Assembly (NCBI GenBank): GCA_964016885.1
Contig: OZ024745.1
Location: forward strand, 57,784,001 to 57,848,000
Direction of reading: 5' to 3'
Source: Eledone cirrhosa
Taxonomy: Eukaryota
DNA length: 64,000 bases
Shown here: positions 12,789 to 25,650 of the stretch, in pieces
How the letters are laid out: the number at the start of each line of letters is the position of its first letter
Numbering within the stretch: the first letter of the stretch is position 1
The notes under the pieces: generated by a model
Told to the model about the DNA's origin: nothing
Databases searched by the model: none
Seen by the model: only the letters and a program-made list of their open reading frames with translations
Made by a program: the position numbers and the translations under genes

Positions 12789-15181
12789 TACTGCCAACAT
12801 GTCCAGACAAAACAATATGACATAGATGGGTCAATACTGGAAACAGCTCTACAGAAAATGTCGAATAGGAAATCGCCAGGCCCAGACCTCATTACAGGAT
12901 ACTGGTTGAAGAATTTCACTTTCTATCGGCAAGATCTCATACGGCTGTTTACAGAAACCATTAAGGGCACACAAGAACTGCCCAGATGGTTATCAACTGC
13001 CACTACTCTCCTCATTCCCAAAAATAGCCAAACCACCCTTGCTAAAAATTACCGCCCAATTGCCTGCCAAAACATCATGTATAAATTATATACTGGGTGC
13101 CTTAACCTGTTCTTACAGGATCACTGTGCTACCAACAACATCATAACACCTGAGCAAGCTGGTGGAAAGAGGGAGGTGTGGGGTTGCATAGATCACCTAC
13201 TAACTAACAAAATGATTCAGGAAAAAACAACAAAGAATCGCAGAAACAAGACTGTCGTGTGGCTGGACTATCAAAAAGCATTTGATAGTGTACCTCATGG
13301 GTGGATTATTAAGGCTTTACAGTTAGCTAAAGTCCCACAACCATTAGTAGCTGCTGTTGAACGCCTGACCAAGAACTGGTACACCAATTTGATCCTTAGA
13401 GGTGAGAAGGAGCAGGTTAAGACTGATAGGATACATTACCAGAAGGGCATCTTTCAGGGTGATAGCTTGTCAGTACTATTCTTCGTTCTCTCACTGAATC
13501 CACTATCTTACCTACTCAGGAAACAAGGTGGACAAAGAAGTGGGCCCAGAAGTATCTCCCATCTTTTCTTTGTTGATGACCTGAAGTTGTATGGGCCAAA
13601 TATCAATGACATCAAGAAACAATTGGACCTCATTACACAATTTTCAACCGACATCAAAATGAAATTTGGTGAGTCCAAGTGTGCATATTTGGCAGTAAAA
13701 CGTGGAAGAGCTGTGCCCTCCTCTAGAAATCTAGATATGAACGGCCTGACAATACAACCTCTGCAGTCAGGTGACAACTACAGATATCTTGGACAGGATG
13801 AGAATGTCAGATATGATGGACCCATAAATAAGGAGAGAACCAGAACTGAATACCTCAGAAGAGTAAAAAAAATATGGTCATCAGAACTGTCAGCATACAA
13901 CAAATACATTGCCCACAATACCTATGCTGTGCCAATTATAACGCCAACATTTGGCCTACTGAACTGGTCATTGCAAGAACTAAGTGAGATGGATGTTAGA
14001 ACTCGTAAACTTCTCAGTGTTACTGGGAACTTTAACATCAATGGTGATGTGGATAGGCTATACTTCTCACGCAAGGAAGGTGGCCGGGGTCTAAAATCAA
14101 TATTAACAACATATGAGACCCGGATAGTAACACTGAAGCAACACCTTCAACAGAGGAAAAAGGTTGGCGACCATCTTGCTCAGGTTTATGAGCATGAAAA
14201 AAGAAATATCATTAGAATAGCGACTGATCTGGAGGAGAGATATGGAATAAAGCCTGATATAAATCTCTCACCCAGAGAAATCGGAAGATCCTATTCAATG
14301 TTCAAACAAGAAAAAAAAATTGACCAATTTACAGAGAAAGTTGTGCATGGATACTTGAGGCGTAAAACACAGACCATAGAGGGGATAAACCACTCAAAAA
14401 GCCTGGCATGGAGTTCCGACAAGTTTATGACATCACACCTTGAGGGATATCTCTATGCAATACAGGAACAAGAACTCCCTACCAAATATCTGCTGCACAA
14501 AAGAGGAGGGCCAGCAGCTGACAATAAATGTAGGCTATGTAAAACAAAGATCGAGGATGTAAGCCACATTGTTGCCAGCTGCGAAAGAATGTCATCTCGC
14601 TACTACCTCCCCATGAGACACGATGGGATAGCTAGAACTATCTGGAACGCACTTCGGAAAACAAAATTAACAACAAACGAGGAAGAATATATTGAGACAG
14701 ATGGCACTAAGGAATACTGGTGGAACCTGAAAATAAAAACTGCCACCAAATTAAAGCACAACCGGCCTGATATTGTAGTTTGGGACCACACATTGAAAAC
14801 GTGTTCTGTTGTGGAGATCAGCTGCCCACTTGATGTAAACGTTGTCAGAAAAATACAGGAGAAGGAGGACATCTACGGACCATTGATGAGGAGCTTACAA
14901 ATCCAGTATCCAAGATACACCTTTAGCTTCATACCCATCATTATTGGTGCTACGGGTTATATACCAACCCGCTTGGACCAAAGTATGACCGAACTTGGAT
15001 TTGCGGACAAAAAGCGCAGCTCCCTAATTCATAGTCTACAAATGGCTGCGATAGCTGGCACCTTCAAAATATGCAAAACATTCTTGCGATTCAAGGGATG
15101 ACAATTTCTTTTCTTTTACAACCTTGCCACCAGGAAGGTGGCCGGTCAAAAAAATATACTCGAAATTAAGAGAAAGAGAAA
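12789..15181 (+). mobile_element. 5'-truncated R4/Dong-clade RLE non-LTR retrotransposon inserted in (TACA)n
   Basis: RT-CCHC-RLE ORF with short 3' UTR; (CATA)n arrays at 12742-12788 and 15182-15245. Confidence 0.85.
12858..15101 (+). CDS. Reverse transcriptase + CCHC knuckle + restriction-like endonuclease (747 aa, uninterrupted, N-terminally truncated)
   Basis: KSPGPD, NYRPIAC, LDYQKAFDSVPH, GIFQGDSLS, LFFVDDLKLY, YRYLG, EGGRGL, CRLC..HIVASC, RHD, RPDIVV..VEISCP..K. Confidence 0.92.
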   Translation: MSNRKSPGPDLITGYWLKNFTFYRQDLIRLFTETIKGTQELPRWLSTATTLLIPKNSQTTLAKNYRPIACQNIMYKLYTGCLNLFLQDHCATNNIITPEQAGGKREVWGCIDHLLTNKMIQEKTTKNRRNKTVVWLDYQKAFDSVPHGWIIKALQLAKVPQPLVAAVERLTKNWYTNLILRGEKEQVKTDRIHYQKGIFQGDSLSVLFFVLSLNPLSYLLRKQGGQRSGPRSISHLFFVDDLKLYGPNINDIKKQLDLITQFSTDIKMKFGESKCAYLAVKRGRAVPSSRNLDMNGLTIQPLQSGDNYRYLGQDENVRYDGPINKERTRTEYLRRVKKIWSSELSAYNKYIAHNTYAVPIITPTFGLLNWSLQELSEMDVRTRKLLSVTGNFNINGDVDRLYFSRKEGGRGLKSILTTYETRIVTLKQHLQQRKKVGDHLAQVYEHEKRNIIRIATDLEERYGIKPDINLSPREIGRSYSMFKQEKKIDQFTEKVVHGYLRRKTQTIEGINHSKSLAWSSDKFMTSHLEGYLYAIQEQELPTKYLLHKRGGPAADNKCRLCKTKIEDVSHIVASCERMSSRYYLPMRHDGIARTIWNALRKTKLTTNEEEYIETDGTKEYWWNLKIKTATKLKHNRPDIVVWDHTLKTCSVVEISCPLDVNVVRKIQEKEDIYGPLMRSLQIQYPRYTFSFIPIIIGATGYIPTRLDQSMTELGFADKKRSSLIHSLQMAAIAGTFKICKTFLRFKG

Positions 15182-15338
15182 ACATACATACATACATACA
15201 TACATACATACATACATACATACATACATACATACATACATACATGATGGCTGCCCCCTCGTTATCGAGTATGGCCATTGCACGAGAAATAAAAATAATA
15301 ATAATAATAAATAAATAAAAAGAAAATTAAAAAAAGAG

Positions 15339-15403
<65 letters not shown>

Positions 15404-15437
15404 CACACACATATACACACACACATACATTAATAAC

Positions 15438-15469
<32 letters not shown>

Positions 15470-15580
15470 CAATAATAATAACGACAACAACAATAATAAT
15501 ATACATATACATATATATATACACACACACGCACACACATAAGCATATCTACACACACTCACACACACACACGATAGCAA

Positions 15581-17697
15581 CTAACAGCGCTGCGATCGAA
15601 TGTGGCTTTTTAGCCCAGCCAATGATCTAAAATGTCTTGCACAGAGTCGGCAACCAAAACATTCACTGGGAATAGTCGGCTGTGGTTGGAGTTCGTGTAC
15701 TTTTGCATGTCGCTTGAGCCCTCCTGCTGATTTAGATTCTCTATCACATGTTTGGCAAGCATGATGAGTAGCATCTCCAACAGCAGCCTGGTATCCAACC
15801 ACTGGTCTTTCTTTATGACTGCGAAGATGACTTTCGAGTCCAGCTTTGCTTAGGCAGAGTCTCGCACATACGCTGCATGTCAGCACCATAGGAGGACCCT
15901 CGCCGTCTGGAAGTGCAACAGTAATGCCCTTCCTCACATCCGGCTTTACTTTCTCGTATGCGATTCGAGATGCCTCAAAGGCAACTTTTCCCTTATATAC
16001 AGTCTTTCTCCATTTATTACGATCAGCAGCAATATTCTCCCATGTATCAGCAGAGATGTTAGCGTCTTTCAGAGAGGCTTTCAAGGAATCCTTATATCTC
16101 TTTTTTGGTTTATGTGGCGGTCGTTTTCCTTTAACAATCTCTCCATAAAAGAGTTGTTTTGGTATTCTAGAATCCTTCATCCTGGCAAGGTGACCACTCC
16201 AACGGAGTCGTTGCTTAAGCACAAGAGCTTCTATACTGTCACACATAGAGCTTTCCAAAATCTCGACATCACTGATGTGGTCCCTCCAGTGAACGCCATG
16301 GATCCGTCTGAGACACATCTGATGGAAACGCTCCAATTGCTTAAGGTGGTGTCGATATGTGACCCAGGTCTCGCAGGCATAAAGAAGACAAGAGAGCACA
16401 CATGCCCTGTACACCTTTACCTTTGTCCTCCTGCATATGTCTCGCCGACCCCAGAGTCGCCTTTCTAGCTTTCCGAAAGCATCACTTGCTTTCCTAATCC
16501 TAAGTGAGATTTCACTGTCAAGGTTGCTGTGTCGATTGACAGTGCTTCCCAGGTAGACAAACTGATCAACCACTCCAAGTCGTTTGCCATACACATAGAT
16601 GTTTGGCTCAGTGTACTGCTTACCAGGGGCAGGTTGGTACATGACGACGGTTTTCGTGAGACTGACAGTCAGACCTAGGGCAGTGCAAGCGTCAGAAAAT
16701 GCATTCAAAATGTGCTGCATATCACTCTACAAGATCGCAATCATCTGCATACAAGAGGTCTCTTATGATTGATGTAAACACTTTTGTCTTCGCAGCAAAG
16801 CGCCTGATGTTAAATATGCTGCCTGAGGTTCGATATCGGATGTAAACACCATGCTCGCAATTCCTGAATGCAATACAGAAAACCATTGCAAAGTATATGG
16901 CAAACAGGGTCGGTGCTGGAATATCCCCCTGCTTCACTCCATTTTTTACTGAGATAGGCTCTGACATGTTACCCCCGACATTAACCCAGCCTTTATGTCG
17001 TCATGGAAAGACCTAACTAAAGCAAGGAACTTATCAGGGCAACCAAGTTTCTGGAGAACCTTCCATAATGCATCTCTGTTAACAGTATCGAAAGCTTTTG
17101 TCAGATCGACAAAAACCTGATACAGATCCAAGCCTTGTCCATGCACTTCTCCTGGAGCTGTCTAGCTGAGAAGATCATATCAGTAGTGCCGCGTCCAGCA
17201 CGAAAACCAGATTGACTTTCAGGAAGAACACAATCTGCAATGTGTGTCAGCAGACGGTCCAGAAGCACCCTACATAAAACTTTCCCTACGACAGAAAGCA
17301 ATGATATACCTACGTAGTTCCCACAATCGTTCCTGTTACCCTTTCCCTTGTACAAGACCACCATTACTGCATCTCTCCAGTCCTCAGGTACGGATTCATT
17401 AGCCCATATCCTGCCAAAAAAAGAGTGAAGATGTTGCAGGAGTCTCTCACCACCATATTGTAGGAGCTCAGCATGTATGCCATCCATACCTGGAGATCTT
17501 CCACTGTTCATCTTCGAAATAGCCACTGCAACCTCCACAAGCGTCGGAGGTTCTGCGAGAGCTACTTTCACAGGACTTTCTGGAATGAGATTGAGGAAAT
17601 CTTCACTGACGACAGACGGCTGATTCAAAAGATCATCAAAGTGCTCTCGCCACCTTCGTAGAATTCCTTGTGAGTCACGAAGAAGTTTTTTTGCCAT
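15581..17697 (-). pseudogene. RTE RT domain and C-terminus, split over 4 ORFs
   Basis: ORFs 17101-17697, 16946-17146, 16722-16967 and 15581-16720 carry consecutive RT motifs. Confidence 0.9.
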
Positions 17698-18920
17698 TCT
17701 TGCTGCGAAGCGGTGTCACCAGAGAAGAAGACGGTCCATAAACCTCACGCAAGAGACTGTACAACAGCTTTGTGTTAATGGAATCAGACGCAGTTTGTAT
17801 CTCACCAGCCTTCTCACTCCACCACTGATCCTTCATCTGAGAAAGACTCCGCCTAACACGTGATTTTACATCCCTGAGTTCCTCATGCAACGTATTCCTC
17901 TCCTGTGGTTTTGCCGTCAAGTAGCGTGACAGAGCACGCCTCTTATCAGCCAACAAGTCTTCTATATGTACATCATTCTCATCAAACCAGTCCTGATGTT
18001 TATTCTGCGCCAATCCCAGAAATTGCCTGCCTACATCATAAACCGACTTTTTAAGGGTCGGCCAATCCTCACCAAGATCTGCAGCCTGCATCTCTTCTTC
18101 CAATGTCCTCTTCACATTTTTATCCTTAAGACGAGCAGCATTCAATCTTTTGGGCAGGGCAACACCAGGAGCCCGGATTTTACGTTTAGTGATTAGTTTC
18201 ACTTTTGCGCGTAGCAGGCGGTGGTCCGTCCAGCACTCAGCTCCACGAAGAACACGAACACACTGCACATCCTGTCTGTCACGCATCCTGACTAGGACGT
18301 AGTCCAAAAGATGCAATTCCTTAGATGCAGGATGCATCCATGTGGTCTTGAATTTGTTCTTTTGTTGGAACATGGTGTTGGTAACACACAGATCCAGCTC
18401 CTCACACATCTGCAGCAGGAGCATACCATTGCTGTTACACTTTCCCACCCCATGCCTTCCGATTACATTCCATGTGTTGTCTGCCTGAGGTATATTTCTT
18501 AAAACACCTTTCAAGGCATGGTAAAAGGACATCTTTTCCTCATCGACAGAACTCATAGTTGGAGCATACACACTCACCAGGGTAGCATATCTTCCCTTGT
18601 CCAGCGGAACTCTCATGGACATAAGACGCTCACTAATCCCTACTGGGAAATCTTCTAATTTGTTCACAAGCACAGTCTTAACAGCAAATCCTACCCCAGC
18701 CTCTCTTCTGGTTCCTTCATCTCTTCCTTTCCAGAAGAATGTATATTCTCCACAAAATTCCGTAAGATGACCATCTCCAGCTAGCCTCGTCTCAGATAAA
18801 GCCACGATGTCAAGATCGTAACGTCGAAGCTCCTTTGCAACAAGAGCGGTCCTTCGTTCAGGACGCCCCAAGGAATCCCTGTCAAGCAGCGTCCGTACGT
18901 TCCAACAGCCAAGACTAAAT
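17675..18920 (-). pseudogene. RTE apurinic-like endonuclease domain
   Basis: ORF 17675-18871 plus upstream in-frame CWNVRT; the GDFNA motif appears deleted (NIPQAD|NTWNVIGRHG). Confidence 0.85.
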
Positions 18921-19098
18921 GCCTTGTTTGGCTCTATTACAATGGCACGATGACGAGCGGGCCCAGGCTGTGATAACCTGGGGCCCCTGCCCTTATTCCC
19001 AATGATCTTTTTTTGTTCCAGAACCTAAATTGCCAATTATCTCTTTTATATTGTTCTGGAACATCATTGAATTGGAAAAAAAAAAAAAAAAAAAAAAG

Positions 19099-19445
19099 TA
19101 ATAATAATAGTAATAATAATAATAATAGTAATAATAATAGTACACTATTAATAATTATTAATGCACTCGTGCAATGCCTGTGCGTGACGAATATTTTTAA
19201 AGTGAGGAAAGACTGTGCACTGAGCCAATCCCACTCTCTGAGCGACAGTAGCTATAACCCGAAAAGAAGAAAAGATCAACATCATCGGTAACTACTGAGC
19301 CGCAGGTTTTATGTCGGAGTTAACCCAGTTTCCTGAGATGCCTTCTCCTAGAAGAATGCCCTGACAAGGGCTAGGGGTTCTTCACTCCCAGTGGTTTAAC
19401 TGCGCGATCGGGCATCCAGCCCGATTATTTCTATGCCCCCGCGCA
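19099..19445 (-). mobile_element. Possible short non-autonomous RTE-related retroposon
   Basis: Minus strand has gtcagggcattcttctaggagaagg (resembles an RTE 5'UTR motif) and ends in gcattgcacgagtgc + (ATT)n tail. Confidence 0.4.
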
Positions 19446-19557
19446 AAAACAAAAAAAAAATAAAAAAATAAAAATCACTTATTGACCCTTATACGTACGA
19501 CATACACACACGCGCATACATATGCGCGCACACAGCAACACTCATACATACAAACAA

Positions 19558-19615
<58 letters not shown>

Positions 19616-19734
19616 CCGTCATTACTGATACAAGATTACAAGATTATGTCAACTGTTGACTTTCAAGAGTTTGTATAGTTGAAGCTGATCGTACTACAGT
19701 CCAGTATTATTATAATTGCTTTACAGCATAGAGT

Positions 19735-19870
19735 CACGGCCCTCCACGCTCTGAGCTCAAATCCCGCCGAGGTCAACCTTGCCTTTCATCCCCACGGAGT
19801 CAACAAAAGAGAGTACCAGTGATGCGCTGGGCCAGTTGCTGGATCCGTGCCAAAAGCAAAAAAATTATTA
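19735..19870 (+). mobile_element. tRNA-derived SINE, 5'-truncated
   Basis: gagctcaaatcccgccgaggtcaaccttgcctttcatcc...gtaccagt matches the 30.7 kb copy. Confidence 0.75.
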
Positions 19871-20799
19871 TTAAAGTTGTTTTCTTAAGGCCCGGTCGCT
19901 GGTGATGGTGATGGCGGTGGCGGTAGTGGTGGTGGTGGCAGTTGATGTTGTTGTTATGTGCGTGTGTGTGTTTTGTTATTTTGAGTTTTTTTTGTTTGTT
20001 TTTTTCCCTTCTTTTTCTTTTTTTTTTTATCTTTTGATGCCGCTGTTGTTGTTGTTGTAAATGTTCATTTCAGTTCATTCTGAAGCTGTTGTTGCTGTAA
20101 ACATTAGTGCCGGTGTTGTTGTTGTAGATGTTGGGGTTGAAATCTGGTCGTTTGACTGAGTGATGTATATATATACACATTCAACAGAGAGTAGAGAGTT
20201 TGACAACAGGTCGATGACTTTAGTCTAGATAGGGTAATGACATGTGATGGTGTGGAGAGAGTGTAGAAGTTATTGTGGTGGCGGGGGGACAGTGCGATGT
20301 ATCTAGTTCATTTGACCGTTTTCTTCTCTGCAAAATTTGAATTTTAGCCATGTTATATTGAGATGTAAGTAAATGTAAAATGTAAAATATAAATAAGGAT
20401 TGCTCTGCTAAAATATACTAAAATATTTGTGTAACTTCCACAAACTTCTGTCGTGACATTCCCGAGTCCAGTGACCAACAAATTGTTGTATTTTGATGTT
20501 TCAGAATACAAAAATTAATTAAAAACTTACCCCACGAAAAGACAGCGTGTGTTGTCCTATCTATAAGCTCCCTCATACATACATACATACATACATACAT
20601 ACATACTATTCATATACAAATAAACACAGCATTCTGACATTACATATATGAATACATGATCCATGCTAACATTCAAAACAATTCTACACAACACAGAGTA
20701 TGTAAATAAAATTTAGTTGTAGAATTAAAATAAACCCGAGAGAGAAAATACCAAGAATATGATTAACTTTAAATTTAATAGTAAAATCATTTTTCAGGA

Positions 20800-21720
20800 T
20801 TTATAAAGTATATCATCATGTATTTTATAAGGTAAATAGAAATAAAAAAAAAGGTTATCATGTTTACCGATATAAGAACTTTCGGTTCATGTACACCGAA
20901 CATTCCAATTCAAACCGGACTAACAGGTGAAGAGGGCATCACTTGAATATAACTCTCCTCCTATCATTCACAACAACTAAAATAACAGACAAGCCGGTCC
21001 GTTAAATCTTGTTGTAACCAACACTACAGCAACAATTTGCGCTTGAGAATCAGAGCTTGATATCAAAGCAGAGCAATAGTGACAATGTGTTAACACAATA
21101 CAAGATCTTGGGCAATATCTTTAAGCAGGTTTACAACATAAATGTTATTGCCAGGGTATAAAACACCAATATATGCCTAAAATATTTAAAATTAGTATTG
21201 GCAATAGTAAATGCCTCAAATAACACTGCCGATTGCAATCTTCACTGAGCGATATTTTCAGTTTCCTTTTTCCGACCATCATAAAGTTCTGCACTAATTA
21301 TGTGGCTCATCCAGATAATATTATATCCCAACTGTAAAATGCGATATATACCGCGTCTATCTGCTATGTCAGGCCCTTCTAAAAGTTGCCTGGTCTTCAT
21401 ACTCCTTCCACAAGGTTGACATCCAAACATATGATAACATCAAATTCTTTGTGTCTCACCTCCGCCCCAGAATTATGGATATAGTATTGAAATAGGTAAT
21501 TCAGTTCCATTGTACCTACTGTTGCTGATGTGTATCCCAGTAGAAAGATTGCTACTATTTCTGTTGATTATTATTTACGATCAGATTATGGGATATATTT
21601 TTCTCATAATGATCTTATTCTTCGTCCTTTGTACACTTTCCAGATGCAGACACCTCCTATAGCAACAAAGGGTGGTTCTTGTGGCACTTTTTTTTTAAAT
21701 ATTATACATTGAGTAGATTC
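20800..21720 (-). pseudogene. Highly decayed PLE C-terminal fragment
   Basis: Minus strand PPFVA(Y)RRCLHL (one frameshift) and GCQPCGRS..T..LL.GP resemble the PLE linker and Cys motif preceding GIY-YIG; boundaries approximate. Confidence 0.4.
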
Positions 21721-22431
21721 TAAGTTATGTTTACAACTTCATATGTTATGCAATTAGATAGTTTTATCTGCTGTAACATTTCTAAATAAGATTTTAATAT
21801 AAGAACTTGTGATGTGAAATATAAACAAGTTTAAATTACTGAAAACAATCTTATCACACCCGACTTAGATCAAACATATCAGTAATTAATGTACATTGTA
21901 ATTATAATTTTGTTGCTTTTGATTATACCAAAAATCATCGTGCATATTTCTATAGCCTATCATGTCAAATATTTTAGATTTTTACCCAGTTTAATTGAAA
22001 CTAATGTAATTAATTGTATGTTCCAAAGCAAATAAATTACAATAATTAACCAATTTATAAAAAATAATTAATTCACAAATTAGTAGCAGGCTTCACCATT
22101 TCCATATATTATCACTACTTAGTCGTGATTATAGTTTGGAGCAAGTTGTAAATAGCAACAGATTTCAGCAGTCTATTGAATCATATAGAATGGTGCAAAG
22201 GCCGCTGTGATGTCTATTAAACGACATTTTAATTAAAGATCTTTCATAGGAATATTGCGGTCATAAAGGCAAAGGATGGGCATAGAGAATACAACTTTAT
22301 AGTGAATTGGATATTGAATTATATATCTTCAATACCATTGATATTTCAAAGTAAGCAATGCCTTTTATTTTCACTTCATAAGGTGTTAACTTAATCTTCC
22401 TGAAAAATTGGAAGGTGGTCTTAATAATTTA

Positions 22432-22499
<68 letters not shown>

Positions 22500-22500
22500 C

Positions 22501-22532
<32 letters not shown>

Positions 22533-22543
22533 GAGAGAGAGAG

Positions 22544-22760
22544 AGAAAGTAAATCCCCAATCATGACGCCTAGCTTTAGCGGCTCTGGTTTGTATTTGGC
22601 AAGCATTTGTAAGAGCTTAACAAATACAAGCCGAAACTTTTAGGCATCGTGGTTGGATTTTTACTTTCTTCTTTGCCTACTCTGTTCCTTTCCATGAATA
22701 GATTACTCCCATGATTTGTGGTCACCCCAGTCTCTAGACCACCGAATCTCTTTCCCCTCA
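22544..22760. mobile_element. Old palindromic element centred on an HHR stem-II-like hairpin
   Basis: ggtttgtatttg...caaatacaagcc-GAAA; flanks agaaagtaaatccccaatcatgacgccta / taggcatcgtggttggatttttactttct are diverged inverted repeats. Confidence 0.5.
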
Positions 22761-22785
22761 GTCTTTCACTCTCACTCTCTCTCTT

Positions 22786-22848
<63 letters not shown>

Positions 22849-25264
22849 ATATATATATGTGTGTGTGTCTGTGTTTGAGTATGTGTGTGTGTGTTTACTG
22901 CTGTCTTCCATGTATTTCCGTTTACATAACAGAGACTACACATAAAAACATTTTCCCGACGTACCACACATTAGAACTGAACCGAGTTTAAAAAATGAAA
23001 TTCTCCTCCATAGATACATGTCTGCCCTTTAACGTAGATATAATATGTACAATATTTGATATACAGTATAATAATATTACCATTTGTTTATCTCATGATT
23101 TATTTGCTTTTATTGCAAATAACTAGCTATAAATATTAATAAATGCCTTTTACACTGGTTTAGGTAGACAATATATTTTGAAGAGAATTGTATAGGGATT
23201 GTTTCAACTACACGAACAATAATTGTTATGTAATGACAAGTAGAGCAAATGTTTCCATTAATATTCACTTCTAATATCAATAATATCTTAACGACCCAGT
23301 AACACTGGAAGGGCGTCAAAGCATTCCAATTCTTGATTATAACTAATACTATATTATTGGTTTACGCAATACATAATATATAACGTACATGGCATCACAG
23401 CTTGTCAATGTTCAAATCTAGTTATGTTACACGTTGTCTTGCATCGCAATGCTGTCGATGAGCTGTGTCAGCGAAAGTCTGACAGAATTATCAGAAGTCA
23501 TTCACTTATATAACATTAATTCAAATAAATGGGTTCAATCATCCGATACTATATTTTGTATAAGTATTAGAGAATTAACATTTCTGTTAACTACGCGAGT
23601 CAGATGAAATATGGAGCCATTTCTATTTCACCTATACTTCTAATATCATGTAATATTTTCTATTTCCTCCTGGTAAATTAAATCCAAGCTCACTATTGTG
23701 TGACTTCACAAATAATGTTGATTCTCTGCTGCAGATGTTTCACTTTTCTTACAGCGCAAGTAGATTCGATACATTTTTAGATGTAAAATTTTCCAACACT
23801 CAGATAGCAGAATCAGCTTTTGTAACAAAATATAATCATTTTTATTTATTTGGAATCTTGTGCTTAATAAAATATAACCTTTAATAGATGTTTTCTAAAA
23901 TGTTTAAATGTATTCGAACATTATAATGTTATAAGCTGTACAAGTACAATTACTATTGCAGTAAATATGAATTATTTGCTGAAAGCAATACCATGTCACA
24001 AATATTATTTTCTACATAAATATGCCATATAATGAACAGGAATAAAGAAAATAAACTAATGAGAAAGTAGGGGACGAGGAGGGGAAATTAGACTCTGTGT
24101 CGCTGGCTCGCTGCATCTCGAATAGAGAGCAACAAATACTGAAACAGTCAATCTGCTTCCAGTGGCTTATACCTCTGTTGATTAGCACTCCTCCCGAGAT
24201 ATACGTCAAGCGAATCATGTAGAGACAACCTTTCTCTTTCTCGTCACCTTTTTATTACTTTTTTGTACTTACCGCAGGTCTAGGTGACACGAAAATAAAG
24301 CAGTATTTGGATATCCTTCGCTCGTTTGAATTTCGGATAGGTAGTATCCGTGGTTGTGGCTGAAGTTAGAGAGTTTGACACGGATAACATGTCACACTAT
24401 GTGACATCCCAGATTAAGAATTCACCTAATCTCAAAAGAGAAAGGCTATCTCGCCTGGATGCATAGCATCTCCACAGTCAATGTTCTCAGGTTTCTCGAG
24501 TGACACGAAACCGCCCACCTCAAAGATCCGTTTGATGATGTCATTTAATTTGATGTGTCGAGTGTTCCGTCCAGTTTAATGGTGACAAATCCTTTAACGA
24601 TGGCTCTACAAGAGCTGTTATGTGGCTCACATACGCTGAGACCAATGCCTAGGGTCAACTTGATGCGGATGCACTCATCGTCAAACGAATATCGGTTGAT
24701 AATAAGGACACTGGACTAAGCCATTCACCGCTGGTTAGATGTCCGGAAGACTGAAGACAATCGATACGGTTTAGCTTGAAGGAATACTCGATTCTCATGT
24801 AGTTCCTGTCATACCAGATACGTTAGCAGAGGTGGTGGAACTGGAAGTGGGTGGCATGAATGTATTTTACCTATAATTATGTTTTCCTACCAACATATCC
24901 ATCTATTTGTATATGCGCAACAATTTATGTCCATGTTATGTTTGTCGCATATCGAAGTTTTCTATATTTTGGTAAATATTTGATAATATATTATGTTAAC
25001 CTTCATAATATATATTTTTTGTCATGTCATATATTTTTCTCCACATATCACTATTTGCCAATTGCTAGTATGCATATTCAGAGAGAGATTTCATAAGTCA
25101 TTTTGCAGTAATCACTTTATAACTAATGAAAGCTGTAAATATAATATGACTTGTTTGGACTCCACCTTTATGATCATTTTAGAGTGCAAAGAGCTAAACT
25201 ACTCATTACAACTAAATTTACCAGATTCACCCACCTCCTCAATTCAGATATACTTCCAATGCCC

Positions 25265-25300
<36 letters not shown>

Positions 25301-25304
<4 letters not shown>

Positions 25305-25650
25305 TCTCGGGGCCCAAATAATTAGAAGAGTTGGAATAAGCGGGAGAGGCGGTGGGAACTTTTCTTAAATTCTTATTGCTGATTGGAGGAATCGGTAATT
25401 GTATAGTGAACTTCGTAAATATAGGATTTGTTATAATGTTCTAATGTTTTTTTTTGTCATATATGAAGTTTTTTTTAAAAGTAAAATCAAATCATTATTA
25501 GATTCGCCAAGTGATGTATCGATATGAATCACTTACAATAAAATGTCGCCGTAGATATAGTAGCAACATTTAATAAGCGGGAGGAGGGTGGGTGTGTATT
25601 GGAAAAAATCTGAAAGATTGATAATCGTAGTGTCGATTATTATTTACTAT
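25301..25650. mobile_element. Possible degenerate DNA-transposon/MITE fragment at (TA)n
   Basis: TA-ctctcggggcccaaataat start and internal repeated aataagcggga; no intact second TIR found. Confidence 0.25.

Larger units (their letters stand above)
15575..19060 (-). mobile_element. Near full-length RTE-clade LINE (APE endonuclease-RT-C2H2 fingers), about 4 frameshifts, (GT)n 3' tail
   Basis: GCWNVRTL, DIVALSETR, VSVYAPT, LDYVLV, TDHRLL; SPGMDGI, ESQSGFR, FVDLTKAFDTV, GVKQGD, LLYADD, FVYLGS, RLRWSGHL; 5' boundary approximate. Confidence 0.92.

Noticed and set aside
13508-18502. Antisense/alternate-frame ORFs overlapping the R4 and RTE elements (likewise 55.8-59.3 kb)
   Set aside because: Shadow ORFs of LINE coding strands
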